A stretch of 41,907 nucleotides of DNA from an uncultured virus (IMG/VR IMGVR_UViG_2049941000_000098) (IMGVR_UViG_2049941000_000098), one strand, 5' to 3'. Shown: positions 10,129 to 20,630, counted from the stretch's first letter. Notes: a model not told the origin generated them from the letters alone. Made by a program: numbers and translations.

Positions 10129-10218
10129 TTAGTTTGTTCTGTAAATATAGTATGTTGTACCATCAACGGTTTGTTTGTTTTCCAAATCCTCACCCGCGTC
10201 CAATGCTGTCTTTTTCAT
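10129..10218 (-). CDS. Putative 29-aa peptide
   Basis: MKKTALDAGEDLENKQTVDGTTYYIYRTN, behind promoter box caaatata at 10247-10254. Confidence 0.35.
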   Translation of the reverse strand: MKKTALDAGEDLENKQTVDGTTYYIYRTN

Positions 10219-10294
10219 ACAAAAAATGTTTTAAAAAATTTTATCACAAATATATTCTTTTTTGTTCACAATGTCAAAAAAATTATGGTGGGGA

Positions 10295-11284
10295 TTATTT
10301 CACCCCACCTTTCAATTTGCGTTCCGTGACGATGTAACGTGTGTGCGGTGTCACGAGATAACTGTGTTCCGCCGCCCAAATAGTGCGAACATCGATAACG
10401 CGTTGTTTCCCGTCGTAAATCAAAACCGAAAAACCTTTGTCCTCTACGCGTGGGTTGCGGATTTCGATTTTATCCAAATCAATGTCATATTTTTCACATT
10501 TTTCAACAAGATAGTTCATGTTTCTGCTCCACAGGTGGATAAGGTCAAGTTCGACGTGTGCCATATATTCGTCCTTTATTTTGTAACCCAATTGTTCGCT
10601 GCACAAATGGCGGCGGTACATTTTTTCTTTTTCGTCAAGGTTTTTGCGCAATTTCGCGTGTGTTTGGGTGTTCCAACCCAATTGACGGTGATAATTACAT
10701 ACAAGACGGTCTTTGCGTTCAATCCAACGTTTCCACATCGGTTTCTTCGCCCATACAACATCGTGACTTTTGCTCTTCCATTCGCGCATTTCGTTAAACC
10801 AAACAACCTTGTAGTCAGCCATAAGGTCAACTAACATTTTACACAACGCGTCGGGGTTTGCCTCCTTCGCCTTTTGTTCCGCGATAACCGCGTTCGCCGC
10901 CGATATTTGCGATTCCAATTCGGCAAGGTGGCGTTGTTCGTTCAACCCGTTTTTGTTGTTTTCGACGTAACGTTCGGCGTTTCCCCTTAAATCGTAATAC
11001 TTCCAATAACCGTCGTTTTTACCGTACTTATCTTCGTATCGCGCACGCCAATTCTCACAAACTTTGTCGTTGTGTTCCCCAATTGCGTTAAACGTCGCCT
11101 TTGTCCCGTCGTAATCAGTACGAAGGTCATTCAGATTCAAACCAAATTCGTTGTTTTTTTCAAAACGCGAACGGTACATTTCAGCCTTTTTCGCGTATTC
11201 GGCGATTCTGCGTTTCGATACCTCGATGCTCTTTTGCAATTTCGCCGTTTTCGGTGTGTTACCTGTAGTTTTCATATTTGCCAT
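10295..11284 (-). CDS. Hypothetical coiled-coil protein
   Basis: 329-aa ORF with its own promoter box at 11316-11323. Confidence 0.75.
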   Translation of the reverse strand: MANMKTTGNTPKTAKLQKSIEVSKRRIAEYAKKAEMYRSRFEKNNEFGLNLNDLRTDYDGTKATFNAIGEHNDKVCENWRARYEDKYGKNDGYWKYYDLRGNAERYVENNKNGLNEQRHLAELESQISAANAVIAEQKAKEANPDALCKMLVDLMADYKVVWFNEMREWKSKSHDVVWAKKPMWKRWIERKDRLVCNYHRQLGWNTQTHAKLRKNLDEKEKMYRRHLCSEQLGYKIKDEYMAHVELDLIHLWSRNMNYLVEKCEKYDIDLDKIEIRNPRVEDKGFSVLIYDGKQRVIDVRTIWAAEHSYLVTPHTRYIVTERKLKGGVK

Positions 11285-11355
11285 TTTTTAAAGTTTTGTG
11301 TCATTATTGACGTGACAAATATATAAATAATTTCAATATTGGTACACGTAAGACA

Positions 11356-11385
11356 AAAAAATATCCGATTTTGTCGGATATTTTT
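11356..11385. terminator. Perfect inverted repeat, possible bidirectional terminator
   Basis: aaaaatatccga-ttttg-tcggatattttt. Confidence 0.65.
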
Positions 11386-11414
11386 GAATGCAAACACAAT
11401 ATGTTGTATGTCAA

Positions 11415-11696
11415 TTACTTTTGTTTTGCCTTGTTGTAAAAGTATTCCAACGTTTTAAGCATAGCCATATCATTGACCCAACCGAAATCGTCTTTGTGTT
11501 CGGCGCGGGTGCGTATGACAGCCTCCAGGTGGTTCATGTCGTACAACATTCCCTCTAATGGTTGTTCGACGAATTTTTCAATCGGTATTCGTTCCAACCC
11601 GTCAATAGAGCAAATAACGATGTACCCGTCCCTGAACGATTGGAAAACCGTTTCGTTGATTTCCTTACGGGACATTTGTTTTCCGTCGTTTTCCAT
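11415..11696 (-). CDS. Hypothetical protein
   Basis: Tightly packed ORF in an operon. Confidence 0.65.
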   Translation of the reverse strand: MENDGKQMSRKEINETVFQSFRDGYIVICSIDGLERIPIEKFVEQPLEGMLYDMNHLEAVIRTRAEHKDDFGWVNDMAMLKTLEYFYNKAKQK

Positions 11697-11700
11697 GTAT

Positions 11701-11973
11701 TTAATCCGTCAAATCACATTCACGTATAATGCCAACCAATTTGTTTACGGAACATTTCGGGATTGTTATCGTCCCGCAGAATTGTTCGGGTTCGTAGCCT
11801 ATTGATTGAGCAATGACAATATAATTGTCGGTTTCGTGTACCAACCAACCGATAGTTTCTATATTGACGGGACAAAACGAAAGGTTGAAATCGATTTCGT
11901 TAATAATATTCCAATCATTGTTACGTGACGAATCAACCCATTCGACGTACACTTTTTTAAAATTTGCTTTCAT
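11701..11973 (-). CDS. Hypothetical phage protein (VEWxDS...TIGWL type)
   Basis: ATG 11973 overlaps the upstream stop (ATGA). Confidence 0.7.
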   Translation of the reverse strand: MKANFKKVYVEWVDSSRNNDWNIINEIDFNLSFCPVNIETIGWLVHETDNYIVIAQSIGYEPEQFCGTITIPKCSVNKLVGIIRECDLTD

Positions 11974-12392
11974 TTTATGTTTGTTTTGACATACTGTTCT
12001 ATTTCGGGAAATTTGGATTCCAACCATCTTATCAAATCCGACGGATGTATTTCCGAATACGCATGGGGATTCCAAAGGATATTTTTCAAACCGAGATACA
12101 TGTTGATGTCATGTCGCGCCCGTTCGGTTGTTGTCGGATATGTCACAACTTTGCCCAAACGTTCGTATATGTCGTCCGCTGTGAACAATTCCGATTGGGT
12201 GAACGTTTCCTGACATGTCAAATCATCGTTTGTTATCATGGTGCAACGATATTCAATATCCTCGCCCGTATACTCAATAGAGCGCGTTTGAACACGTATG
12301 TCATCAACCTTGTACTTTCTAAACCCTCGTTCGCTTACATAACCGATGACCTCGTCACCGATGTTGTATTTCGTCTCGATTTCGATTTTCAT
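11970..12392 (-). CDS. Hypothetical protein (ETKYNIGD N-terminus)
   Basis: ATGA overlaps at both ends. Confidence 0.7.
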   Translation of the reverse strand: MKIEIETKYNIGDEVIGYVSERGFRKYKVDDIRVQTRSIEYTGEDIEYRCTMITNDDLTCQETFTQSELFTADDIYERLGKVVTYPTTTERARHDINMYLGLKNILWNPHAYSEIHPSDLIRWLESKFPEIEQYVKTNIK

Positions 12393-12859
12393 AGTGATTG
12401 TGGTTTCATTCGTCCGTCACGTATCAATTTCACAATCAGTTCCACAACCGCGCCTACGGCGTTTTCGTTGTGCAACACGATATACGTTTCAAATGTTTCC
12501 CATTCCGCGTACCATTCGTCGTTGTGTTTGCCCGTTATCGGGTCTTTCCCACAACGGGTCAACGTGAACACGGGCGCGTTTTTATCCTTTGGGAACAGTT
12601 CGATTAGCGCGTTCAAAGACCAACAGGGGTTTACTTCATACACAATGTTCGATTTGATTCCACTATACGCGGCGCGTTCCCTTTCAAATCTTTGTTTGGT
12701 TTCCAAAGCCTGGGAATATGGTGTTAAAACCGCTTCTCTTGGGTCGGAATAAACTTTTTCCCCGCTAATCAATTCTTTGTAACACATGTCCGCCGTATTC
12801 GGGTCTAATCCCACCGAAACAAGTTGTTTCGATTGTTCATTTGTGGTATAACCTTTCAT
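12389..12859 (-). CDS. Hypothetical protein (GLDPNTADM...PCWSL type)
   Basis: Tightly packed ORF in an operon. Confidence 0.7.
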   Translation of the reverse strand: MKGYTTNEQSKQLVSVGLDPNTADMCYKELISGEKVYSDPREAVLTPYSQALETKQRFERERAAYSGIKSNIVYEVNPCWSLNALIELFPKDKNAPVFTLTRCGKDPITGKHNDEWYAEWETFETYIVLHNENAVGAVVELIVKLIRDGRMKPQSL

Positions 12860-12862
12860 TTT

Positions 12863-13183
12863 TTATAGTTTTTTGATTGTTTTAAGTATTTCGCTAAACT
12901 TTTTTTCTTTTTTCAGTTCGCCAACCACAACCAATATGGCATCACGTCTTGCGTCGGTTAAAATATCTTTCAACCTTGTTGCGTTAATACTCCCACTTTT
13001 GTGATGCCACACACAACTACTAAATTCAAATCCGCTGTTGACATAAGTCGGTTGGTAATACAGGTCGTCGGTGTCAAAAAACAAAGACCTGTTCCAAACG
13101 ACAACAAATCCATCTTCGTCATAGCCGACACAAACTCTGCGTTTCATCTGTCGGCGCAACCGTTTCAGTAACCGTGTTTTCAT
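12863..13183 (-). CDS. Hypothetical protein (MKTRLLKRLRR N-terminus)
   Basis: Tightly packed ORF in an operon. Confidence 0.7.
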   Translation of the reverse strand: MKTRLLKRLRRQMKRRVCVGYDEDGFVVVWNRSLFFDTDDLYYQPTYVNSGFEFSSCVWHHKSGSINATRLKDILTDARRDAILVVVGELKKEKKFSEILKTIKKL

Positions 13184-14166
13184 TGTTCCAAATCTTTAAG
13201 AACGCGTTTCAAATATTCCGCAATCCCGACAAGTTCAGGTTTCAATCCGCAAACGTCCCCCTTACACAGTTTCTGTGACATACTAAAGGTGTTGTACTGC
13301 CAATTTTCGGGATTGTCAAAAAACTTACACAATTCGGATAATTCATCCTGATAACGTTCAACCGTGCTTTCAGGTAGTTTGTTGAACGCCTCGCGTCGTT
13401 TTTCGTTTATTTCGTCGGATGCGGAATTTGAAACAAGCGTCCAAAGCAAATGTTCCGCGATTTTGATGTTCAATTTGTCGATACGGCGTTCACACAATTC
13501 GTCGTACTCGGCTTTGGTAATATTGACCCAACCCCCGTCACGTTCGGTTTTGTAAACGTTCAGGTCGATTCTTTTACCGTCGGGGGTGATTGCGTACAAC
13601 AACGCCCGTGTGTCGAAATCACCGTGTTTCTTGTCGGCAAGGAATGTTTGTGTGTATATCTCGTATTTGCCGCGTTTGGGCATATACGGCATCGTAATCG
13701 GGAACATTTCGTCGATTATCCTGTCGTCACCCGAACCGAAACAATCCGACGGATTTTCCGCGTCAATCATCACACAACGGTCAATATCGTGATAGGTGAC
13801 TTTGCCGTCAAGTGTTTCCATGCGGAACAGACTTGACATTCGGGGACATTGTATTTCCGATTTTAAACCCCGCCTTTTCAAATACTCGTCCGATTCTATT
13901 GGAAAACTTTTTCCATTCTCGTCAAAGAAATCCTTATCGGTTATCGGGGTTAACGGTTGACCCTCCATAAGACGTATCAATATGTTTTTCGTAAACCCGA
14001 ACGAACTTCCGCTGTGTCCGTCGTCCATCAACGATTTGTACGCTTTCAACGCCGATTTGTAACACGAACAATCGAAATCAAAGTCGTCACCGTCAAAATT
14101 GAAATCAGGGTTGATTTCCTTACATACTTTGCGGCATTCCATTTCCGCCCATTCTCTCATACTCAT
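13180..14166 (-). CDS. Hypothetical protein with a GHSGSS motif
   Basis: Start moved to MSMREWAE (14166) because a promoter box lies at 14202-14209. Confidence 0.75.
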   Translation of the reverse strand: MSMREWAEMECRKVCKEINPDFNFDGDDFDFDCSCYKSALKAYKSLMDDGHSGSSFGFTKNILIRLMEGQPLTPITDKDFFDENGKSFPIESDEYLKRRGLKSEIQCPRMSSLFRMETLDGKVTYHDIDRCVMIDAENPSDCFGSGDDRIIDEMFPITMPYMPKRGKYEIYTQTFLADKKHGDFDTRALLYAITPDGKRIDLNVYKTERDGGWVNITKAEYDELCERRIDKLNIKIAEHLLWTLVSNSASDEINEKRREAFNKLPESTVERYQDELSELCKFFDNPENWQYNTFSMSQKLCKGDVCGLKPELVGIAEYLKRVLKDLEQ

Positions 14167-14248
14167 TTTGTTGTTGTTTTTGTTATTAAAAATCAATGTG
14201 GCAAATATATAAATTGTTTTAACATAACAAATGTTTGTTATATTTTTT

Positions 14249-14647
14249 TTAGTGAAAAATTTTCGTGCTGATATACATATCGTCAGGTGCGGCGACCGCA
14301 ATGCCTTTGTCAATCCAACCGTTGTAATCAAGATAGTGTGACTTGTACCATTCGTGTAATTCGGCGATTCGTTCACCGAGCAATTCGTCACAACTTTCGA
14401 CGATTGACGATTTGTACCGCCGACATGCCTCGTCTTCGTCCACGGTCATGGTTGACAACGGGCGCAAATACGGTTTCACGTCCGCAATCGGGACGGCGAT
14501 TTGGTTTGACATGAACGGTTTTAATATCACAACCTTTCGTGTGTTCGTAACCATTGTCAAATCGTATGCCTCGCCGCCGTATTCGACCTTTATGTCGTAT
14601 GGCAAAAACGCCGTCAATTCACGGTATAATATCGTTTCCTTGTTCAT
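14249..14647 (-). CDS. Hypothetical protein (KPYLRPLS type)
   Basis: ORF with an ATAA/ATGA-type overlap. Confidence 0.7.
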   Translation of the reverse strand: MNKETILYRELTAFLPYDIKVEYGGEAYDLTMVTNTRKVVILKPFMSNQIAVPIADVKPYLRPLSTMTVDEDEACRRYKSSIVESCDELLGERIAELHEWYKSHYLDYNGWIDKGIAVAAPDDMYISTKIFH

Positions 14648-15204
14648 AATTTTAAAATTTCATCAGATATACTCGCGATATAATCGTAATGTAAAAAACA
14701 ACAATGTTTATCACCGTCGTAATATTCCCCGTTGGAATAAAAACATTCCTTAATCGTTCGGTATGTGCCGTCATCCGCCCGTACTATTTTCAACACCAAA
14801 TAATGTGAATACGTATGTGATTTCGATTGGGTTGACGCAAAACGCATGGCGGCATCCAAATCATCCGTAAGCCACGTCGTTCTTTTATCGTCGTTCCACA
14901 CGCAATATTTGTAATTCGGATTGACCGATTCACGGGCGTTGCGAACCTGTGTGTAAACGAAATCCCGTAACACGTTGTCCGTTTCACACAATTTTCCGTA
15001 ATCAGGTTTCACTTTTTTGACCGCACGTTTCGGTTTCGGTTTCGGTTTCGCCGTCAACAAACGTTCCAACACGGGAATGTTTTTCGCCAACATTTGCGCG
15101 TCCGTCGGGGCGGATTCAATCGTGGTTTCGTCGATATGGTAATCGACAAACGCCTTCAAAAAACCCATCACCTCATCAACCGCCGTTTTATCCTTCACGT
15201 TCAT
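14644..15204 (-). CDS. Hypothetical protein
   Basis: ORF behind promoter box at 15233-15240. Confidence 0.7.
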   Translation of the reverse strand: MNVKDKTAVDEVMGFLKAFVDYHIDETTIESAPTDAQMLAKNIPVLERLLTAKPKPKPKRAVKKVKPDYGKLCETDNVLRDFVYTQVRNARESVNPNYKYCVWNDDKRTTWLTDDLDAAMRFASTQSKSHTYSHYLVLKIVRADDGTYRTIKECFYSNGEYYDGDKHCCFLHYDYIASISDEILKL

Positions 15205-15274
15205 AATAAACACGTTTTAAATGTTCCGACGGCAAATATATAAATAATTTGAATGTAACAAATGTTTGTTACAT

Positions 15275-15463
15275 TTATTTTTCGTCATCGAACGACAAAA
15301 TCGCCAAATCACTTTCGTTACCGAAAACCAAATTGATTTCCGTGATGTCGGCACTAACGTCAAACTCGTTGTAATGTTTTTTGTACAACGCAATCGCGTC
15401 TTCAATATCATGGGCGACAACCAACGTTCCGTTAATTTTCCAAACTCTTGTGTATGTTGTCAT
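15275..15463 (-). CDS. Hypothetical protein
   Basis: 62-aa ORF. Confidence 0.6.
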   Translation of the reverse strand: MTTYTRVWKINGTLVVAHDIEDAIALYKKHYNEFDVSADITEINLVFGNESDLAILSFDDEK

Positions 15464-15494
15464 AATACTTTTGTTTATTGAATTACAAATTCAA

Positions 15495-15605
15495 TTATAT
15501 ATCACCGCGCAACCACAACAGCAATAACGCGTAGGCGACAGCGATGAACAATACGGATATGTTTACCGCCAATTCAATCAGGGTTTTCTTGGTGTTCGTC
15601 GTCAT
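15495..15605 (-). CDS. Small single-TM peptide, not in the ORF track
   Basis: MTTNTKKTLIELAVNISVLFIAVAYALLLLWLRGDI; ATGA overlap with the upstream stop at 15602. Confidence 0.6.
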   Translation of the reverse strand: MTTNTKKTLIELAVNISVLFIAVAYALLLLWLRGDI

Positions 15606-15883
15606 AGATACTCCTCCGTGTTTTCGACATTGTTTTCCTTGCACCATTCAAGTATGCGGCATTCCAATTTGGTTTTGATTCGTTGAAGGTCGCGGACACA
15701 ATACTGTTTTTCTATTTCGTCCACAATCTTCTCTACAATGCACCTGTTGAACACCTCGTTGATAATGGTGTCGTCCGACGCGTGGGGTACAAGGTACTCC
15801 ATCATCGCGTGAATCTCTTTCTGCGAATGGGCGGCATCAAAAAGGCAACCCAAATCGATTTCCGTGTTGATTTTTACTTTCAT
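15602..15883 (-). CDS. Hypothetical protein
   Basis: Tightly packed ORF in an operon. Confidence 0.65.
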   Translation of the reverse strand: MKVKINTEIDLGCLFDAAHSQKEIHAMMEYLVPHASDDTIINEVFNRCIVEKIVDEIEKQYCVRDLQRIKTKLECRILEWCKENNVENTEEYL

Positions 15884-15894
15884 ATTTTTGTATT

Positions 15895-16221
15895 TTAAAT
15901 GTTAGAGCCGTCGTAACAAATGTCGGCTGTGTCAAATTTTGCCTTGCATTCCCTGTAATCACTCGTTATGTATTCCGTCCAATCCTCAAACAATATCTGT
16001 CCGTATGCGTGCATGTGGCAAGACGAACCATCGGCATTGTACTTTATTGCGTATTCTTTGTAATCCCCCGACAACTTCCATTCGGGGTATAATTTGCAAT
16101 ATTCACGAATAAATGTAGTGGCATCAACCGAATGTTCAAAACGGTCAAGCCATTGTGTGTCTATCACCCTATCGGTGTCAGCATCACGGGTGTCAATTTT
16201 GATTTGCCAAATCATTCCCAT
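15895..16221 (-). CDS. Hypothetical protein, paralogous to the C-terminal domain of 31043-31732
   Basis: LDRF...ATTFIREY...KYNADG...FEDWTEYI versus LDTF...AHTFLREY...RYNPDG...FKSWDAYI. Confidence 0.7.
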   Translation of the reverse strand: MGMIWQIKIDTRDADTDRVIDTQWLDRFEHSVDATTFIREYCKLYPEWKLSGDYKEYAIKYNADGSSCHMHAYGQILFEDWTEYITSDYRECKAKFDTADICYDGSNI

Positions 16222-16234
16222 AGTTGTATGTGTT

Positions 16235-16492
16235 TTAGGTGTTCGATATTAAATTTCCATACTTGTCGTAACGCCCGTCAAGATAAACCCGAAAACAGTC
16301 ACTTTTACGGTAATCCATCGTTTGTACGGCTACGCGTTGGTTCGTTTCCCTGTCGTGTATCAACGTCAGGTAACAGAACATCGTGTCATTCTTGCTTATG
16401 CGTCCGCGTTTGATAACATCGTGGACGTACCCGACAGCCCGTTCAAGCGGTATGTCGTCACAAACTGTTATATGTACTTTCTTTTCGTTCAT
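16235..16492 (-). CDS. Hypothetical protein
   Basis: Tightly packed ORF in an operon. Confidence 0.65.
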   Translation of the reverse strand: MNEKKVHITVCDDIPLERAVGYVHDVIKRGRISKNDTMFCYLTLIHDRETNQRVAVQTMDYRKSDCFRVYLDGRYDKYGNLISNT

Positions 16493-16971
16493 GATTCTAT
16501 TTTTATTCGTGTGTCATCACCCGTGTAAATTTTCAGGACGTGTTGTAATTCGTGAACATATTTCACGGCGACCGTTTGCACGGTTAACGTCTTTTCGTTT
16601 GAAAACGGGGATGTCGTGTTCATGTTGACATGCCATTTGCCGTCAATCGCGCCGCCGAACGCCGTAATCACGATTTCATATTCTCCACAGGTGTCATAAA
16701 GGAACGTGGACATGTTGTTTTCCAAACCCGAATCCTCTAATATCTTTTCTGTGATTTCGATTGGTTCGGCATACACGAATCCGATTGAATCCCGCGTTTT
16801 GAAACCTAATTCCTGGCTTCGGAGCGTTGAAATCAAATCCACGTCGGTTCGGTACACGTATTGTTCCCCGACGACCGTGTTGTCTTTGTTCAGGTGTGTT
16901 GTTTTGACGAGGACGTAATCCCCAACCATCAAATCCGTTGAACGTAACTGTTTTGTTGTGGTCATTCCCAT
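16489..16971 (-). CDS. Hypothetical protein (PIxLT...VHELQH family, copy 1)
   Basis: DLMVGD, EPIEITEKILE, YVHELQH. Confidence 0.7.
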   Translation of the reverse strand: MGMTTTKQLRSTDLMVGDYVLVKTTHLNKDNTVVGEQYVYRTDVDLISTLRSQELGFKTRDSIGFVYAEPIEITEKILEDSGLENNMSTFLYDTCGEYEIVITAFGGAIDGKWHVNMNTTSPFSNEKTLTVQTVAVKYVHELQHVLKIYTGDDTRIKIES

Positions 16972-16977
16972 ATTCTA

Positions 16978-17241
16978 TTATCCTCTTAATGTTGTTCCGT
17001 ACATCAGTTTCACAAGTTCGTCTTCAATTACCATAATATCGAGGTAATCACGTTCCAACGACAAATCTTGTATGCAATTGGTTGTTTTTTCAATCCATTG
17101 TTGCTTTTCCTTTGCGTGTCGTTCATCTTTCCACGCCATTGCCTCAATGGCGGTGTCATAGATTGCGTTGTATGGCAAGCCTTTTGCCTTCCACCTTGTC
17201 GCTATCTCTCTTGCTTTATCTGCGTTTGATACGTGTTTCAT
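16978..17241 (-). CDS. Hypothetical protein (HVSN..KAREI / AMxWKDE family, copy 1)
   Basis: Shares motifs with 27921-28184 and 28574-28956. Confidence 0.7.
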   Translation of the reverse strand: MKHVSNADKAREIATRWKAKGLPYNAIYDTAIEAMAWKDERHAKEKQQWIEKTTNCIQDLSLERDYLDIMVIEDELVKLMYGTTLRG

Positions 17242-17468
17242 AATCCATTTTTTTAAACATCCCCGTCACGGTGTTGTCGTCAAACATGAAATGGGTACAC
17301 TTATCCGTATCTTTCACCAATAAAACCGAAATAGTGTATATTTCGGGTTTTTCTTGTTCGGTATATTCCGTCACTTCCTGATACGCGTTGTACCTGTAAC
17401 ATTCGTTTCTGCGTTTGCAGGTGTCAGCCTTACAATGCGCCATGTCGTGTATGTATTTCATATCACTA

Positions 17469-17931
17469 TTAATTTGTGTTAGAAAACCAATTTGNNNNNN
17501 NNNNNNNNNNNNNNNNNNNNNNNNNNNNNNNNNNNNNNNTGTGTTTCCGAAAAATTTTATCCAACGCCGCTTCAATCGCGTCGTCGTATGTTTCAAACAA
17601 ATAGTCGTCGTCATCCTCGATGTACTTACGGTCTTTGTAAACACGGAATCGGTAATAACACCCCTCGGGCAGTTCAATCCAATGTTCGACANNNNNNNNN
17701 NATGTCGATGTGTTGCGTTTCCCGCAACCAACGGCATAACGCGTCCTGTGTCGGCGCGTCAATCAGGTGGGTGTCCGTTTCCGCGCTTGGGTGATACACC
17801 AAGTCACCGATTGAACACCCGCGTTTCTTGTCGTCCCCGACGAAATACGTTGTCGGGGATTGGTGTTGCGGAAACCCGATGTACCTTAACTGTTGCGCAA
17901 GTTTAAATGTGATGTAACGTTCCTTGTACAT
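17469..17931 (-). CDS. Hypothetical protein (APTQ...WLRE type), gap-interrupted
   Basis: Pieces in the ORF track joined across a 10-N gap; promoter at 17953-17960. Confidence 0.55.
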
Positions 17932-17977
17932 TGTTGTTAATATTTATCACCGCAAATATAATAATTGTTTTATTATA

Positions 17978-18280
17978 TCAATCGTCGGTTGAAAATTTTT
18001 CGATTATTTCACATTCGGACGGTGTGTACCATTTTTCGATTTTAACGGGTCGGAACGAAAAGAACATTTTGTCGTAATCATTCCTGTTCCGTATTCCGTC
18101 CGCAATTTTATTTGAATGTTCGAGTTGTTCCCAATTTTGGGAATTGATGCAATACATCTGATAGGTGTAACAGGCGTTATTGGCGCGTTGGCGCATTCTA
18201 TACACGGCTTCGTTGCGCCATGTAAAATAAACCAAACCAGCCACTATCAGGTTGGATAAAATAATAAATAGTGTCGTCAT
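17978..18280 (-). CDS. Hypothetical protein with N-terminal TM helix
   Basis: MTTLFIILSNLIVAGLVYFTW. Confidence 0.65.
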   Translation of the reverse strand: MTTLFIILSNLIVAGLVYFTWRNEAVYRMRQRANNACYTYQMYCINSQNWEQLEHSNKIADGIRNRNDYDKMFFSFRPVKIEKWYTPSECEIIEKFSTDD

Positions 18281-18283
18281 AGG

Positions 18284-18628
18284 TCAATCCTCCTTTTGCA
18301 AATTATTGATATAATCCGTCACCGACGGGACATTGTATTTAATTTTTTCCATTTCCGTCAACGAACGCGTTTCGCCGCAATGCACGCATTCCATTTTGGC
18401 GTAACACAACGGATATGTTTTAGTCAATTCCCAAACATGGTTTTCGCCCTGACACAAACATTTATCCAACGTGAAATTCACCGTGACGGTCGGGTGTACG
18501 TTCAACACCATGCCACATTCGGGGCATTCGCGTTGGAACACCTCCTCATCGTAAATGTAATCCCAATAATCCGTGAAATCGAGGTCGATTTCCTTTCCGC
18601 AATACGGACATTTCAATTCCCAATTCAT
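18284..18628 (-). CDS. Zinc-ribbon protein
   Basis: CPYC, CPEC, CxxxxH, CVHC. Confidence 0.7.
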   Translation of the reverse strand: MNWELKCPYCGKEIDLDFTDYWDYIYDEEVFQRECPECGMVLNVHPTVTVNFTLDKCLCQGENHVWELTKTYPLCYAKMECVHCGETRSLTEMEKIKYNVPSVTDYINNLQKED

Positions 18629-18686
18629 ATAATTGTATTTTTTATGGAATTAACATATTACAATGAAAATCAACACCGTTCAAATC

Positions 18687-19106
18687 NNNNNNNNNNTCGA
18701 TTCCGCACAATTCAAACACGGTTTGCAATTGGTCAACGAATCTAATAAACACCCTACTGTCGCCCAAATCCGACACGTCCTTGTGTACGATTGTTTCATA
18801 CACGTTCGGTATGACTTCGCGCATTTCAATTAAAACGTCGTCCGTTTTCAAACACCACAACAGGTTTTTTATTCCGCCCGTCGTTTCCCTAAAACCGTTT
18901 TTCACCAAAACGTCGGGTACAATCGGAATCCGTCTTGTAAACACCTTCCAATCGGGGTCGCTCCAACCGTTTTTGTTCGCAAAAACCAAATCGTCATACG
19001 TTATTTTGTGCGGACTGAAAAACATGTCGTAATCACCGTTTTCGTTTGGTGATTCTTCCGACCAAAACACCCATTTGCCAATGTCTTTTACCACTACTAC
19101 TTTCAT
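18687..19106 (-). CDS. Hypothetical protein (PIxLT...LQ family, copy 2); 3' end at gap
   Basis: RIPIVPDVLVKNGF...FVDQLQ. Confidence 0.65.
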
Positions 19107-19117
19107 ATTTGTAAATA

Positions 19118-19471
19118 TTAATCTATGTTCAATTCTAAATTGTATTTGTCACAGACCCGTTCCAACACTTCCCGTATGTGCGGCATAAACACATGGTAAT
19201 GACGTTTCTCCGCCGCCTCGATAGGAAGTGACTCGTTCGGTTCACCATTCAACCAATAAAATAGATGCGTTATTTCACGCGCGTCCGATTTCAACGCGTC
19301 GAGGTTTTCCGCACCGTCCCAAATCAATCGGGAAACAAGGTCGATTATCCCGTTCGTAACGGGTGTTATTTTTATTCTACTGTACCAAAGGTTGATTTCA
19401 TGGTCAGACGGTTCGAGCCAAAATTCGACATCGAAAATAACCTGATTGTTGTTGTGAATCGTAAATACCAT
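19118..19471 (-). CDS. Hypothetical protein
   Basis: Tightly packed ORF in an operon. Confidence 0.65.
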   Translation of the reverse strand: MVFTIHNNNQVIFDVEFWLEPSDHEINLWYSRIKITPVTNGIIDLVSRLIWDGAENLDALKSDAREITHLFYWLNGEPNESLPIEAAEKRHYHVFMPHIREVLERVCDKYNLELNID

Positions 19472-19475
19472 ATTC

Positions 19476-20605
19476 CTACAAATTATGTTCTATTTCGGTT
19501 ATAGAATCAATCAAATGTTTAACTATTTTTTTGTCGCACACGAACCAACCGCAATTATTCAGTCGGGTGTTCGCCATGTCAGACAATTTCGTGTCGGTGA
19601 TGTGTTCGCATATCACGTCGTAGTCGTCCTTTTTTTTCAACCCGTCGTAACAAACCTCCTTCACGTTCGGTATTGTCGCGGATTGTGTGTCCCCCGTGGT
19701 TGCGGCGGCGTGTCCCCCCTGTCCGTCAAGGATTTGTCGTTCGGCGACACCGTACAGATACGCCGCACAGTCTTTCAACCTGCGCAACTCTTTTGGGTCT
19801 TCTTCAAAATCCGACGGTGACGCATGCCATATCGCGTACCCGACCGCCGTTTCAAATTCAGTCAACTGTTTGTCCAACAACGACGCTACTTTCGGTTTAA
19901 GGCGCAAATTCCCCCCGTCGTTCACGAAAGATTGTCCGCCTATACTGTAATACTCGACGTATTCACGTTCGTTTTTCTTAAACACCAAACCGATTATCGG
20001 ATAATTCGTACCTGAATAATCCCAACAGATTATTCTTACGGGGTTTCCGTCCGTGTCAAACACGTCATACAACCCCGACATCGCTTTTTCGACATCAAAT
20101 TCAATTGTTTTTGTTTCCATTTTTTTGTTATTATTGTTGTTATTGTCAATTTCGATTAGTTCCAATTTGTCGGGATTCCATTCGTAACCCCGTTCCTTCA
20201 GTTTGNNNNNNNNNNGTCTGTTGCAAATTCCAAACCCAAACCGTGATAACATTTCAAACTTTCATGTATGGCAAATATGTCATCGTTTTTGCGGTTGTAC
20301 GCCGCGTAAACGACGGGATAATCGGTAAACCCGTCACCGCCAAATTCCTTAAACAGCATGATTGAATGTTCGTCCGCAATAAAATCCCCATCCCTGAAAT
20401 CGCGTTCGTGTTCGCGTCCGTGTTCGATTCCGTACCGCAACCGTTCCATGTTTTCTTTGGCGACATCGATTTCCTCGAATTTAAGGACGCGTCTTACCGC
20501 TTTCACAATCGGAGTTTCCTCCAAGTGTTCAATCGCACCCAACAATACGTTCGCGTCATCGATACACCGTGCGTAGTCATCGTATTTTTCTTTCAGACTT
20601 TCCAT
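19476..20605 (-). CDS. Probable fused hypothetical protein, gap-interrupted, with an internal restart at ATG 20120
   Basis: ...GYEWNPDKLELIEIDNNNNNNKKMETKTIEFD... is in frame with no stop. Confidence 0.55.
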
Positions 20606-20630
20606 TGTTGTTGCTAATTTGTAACTGTTT

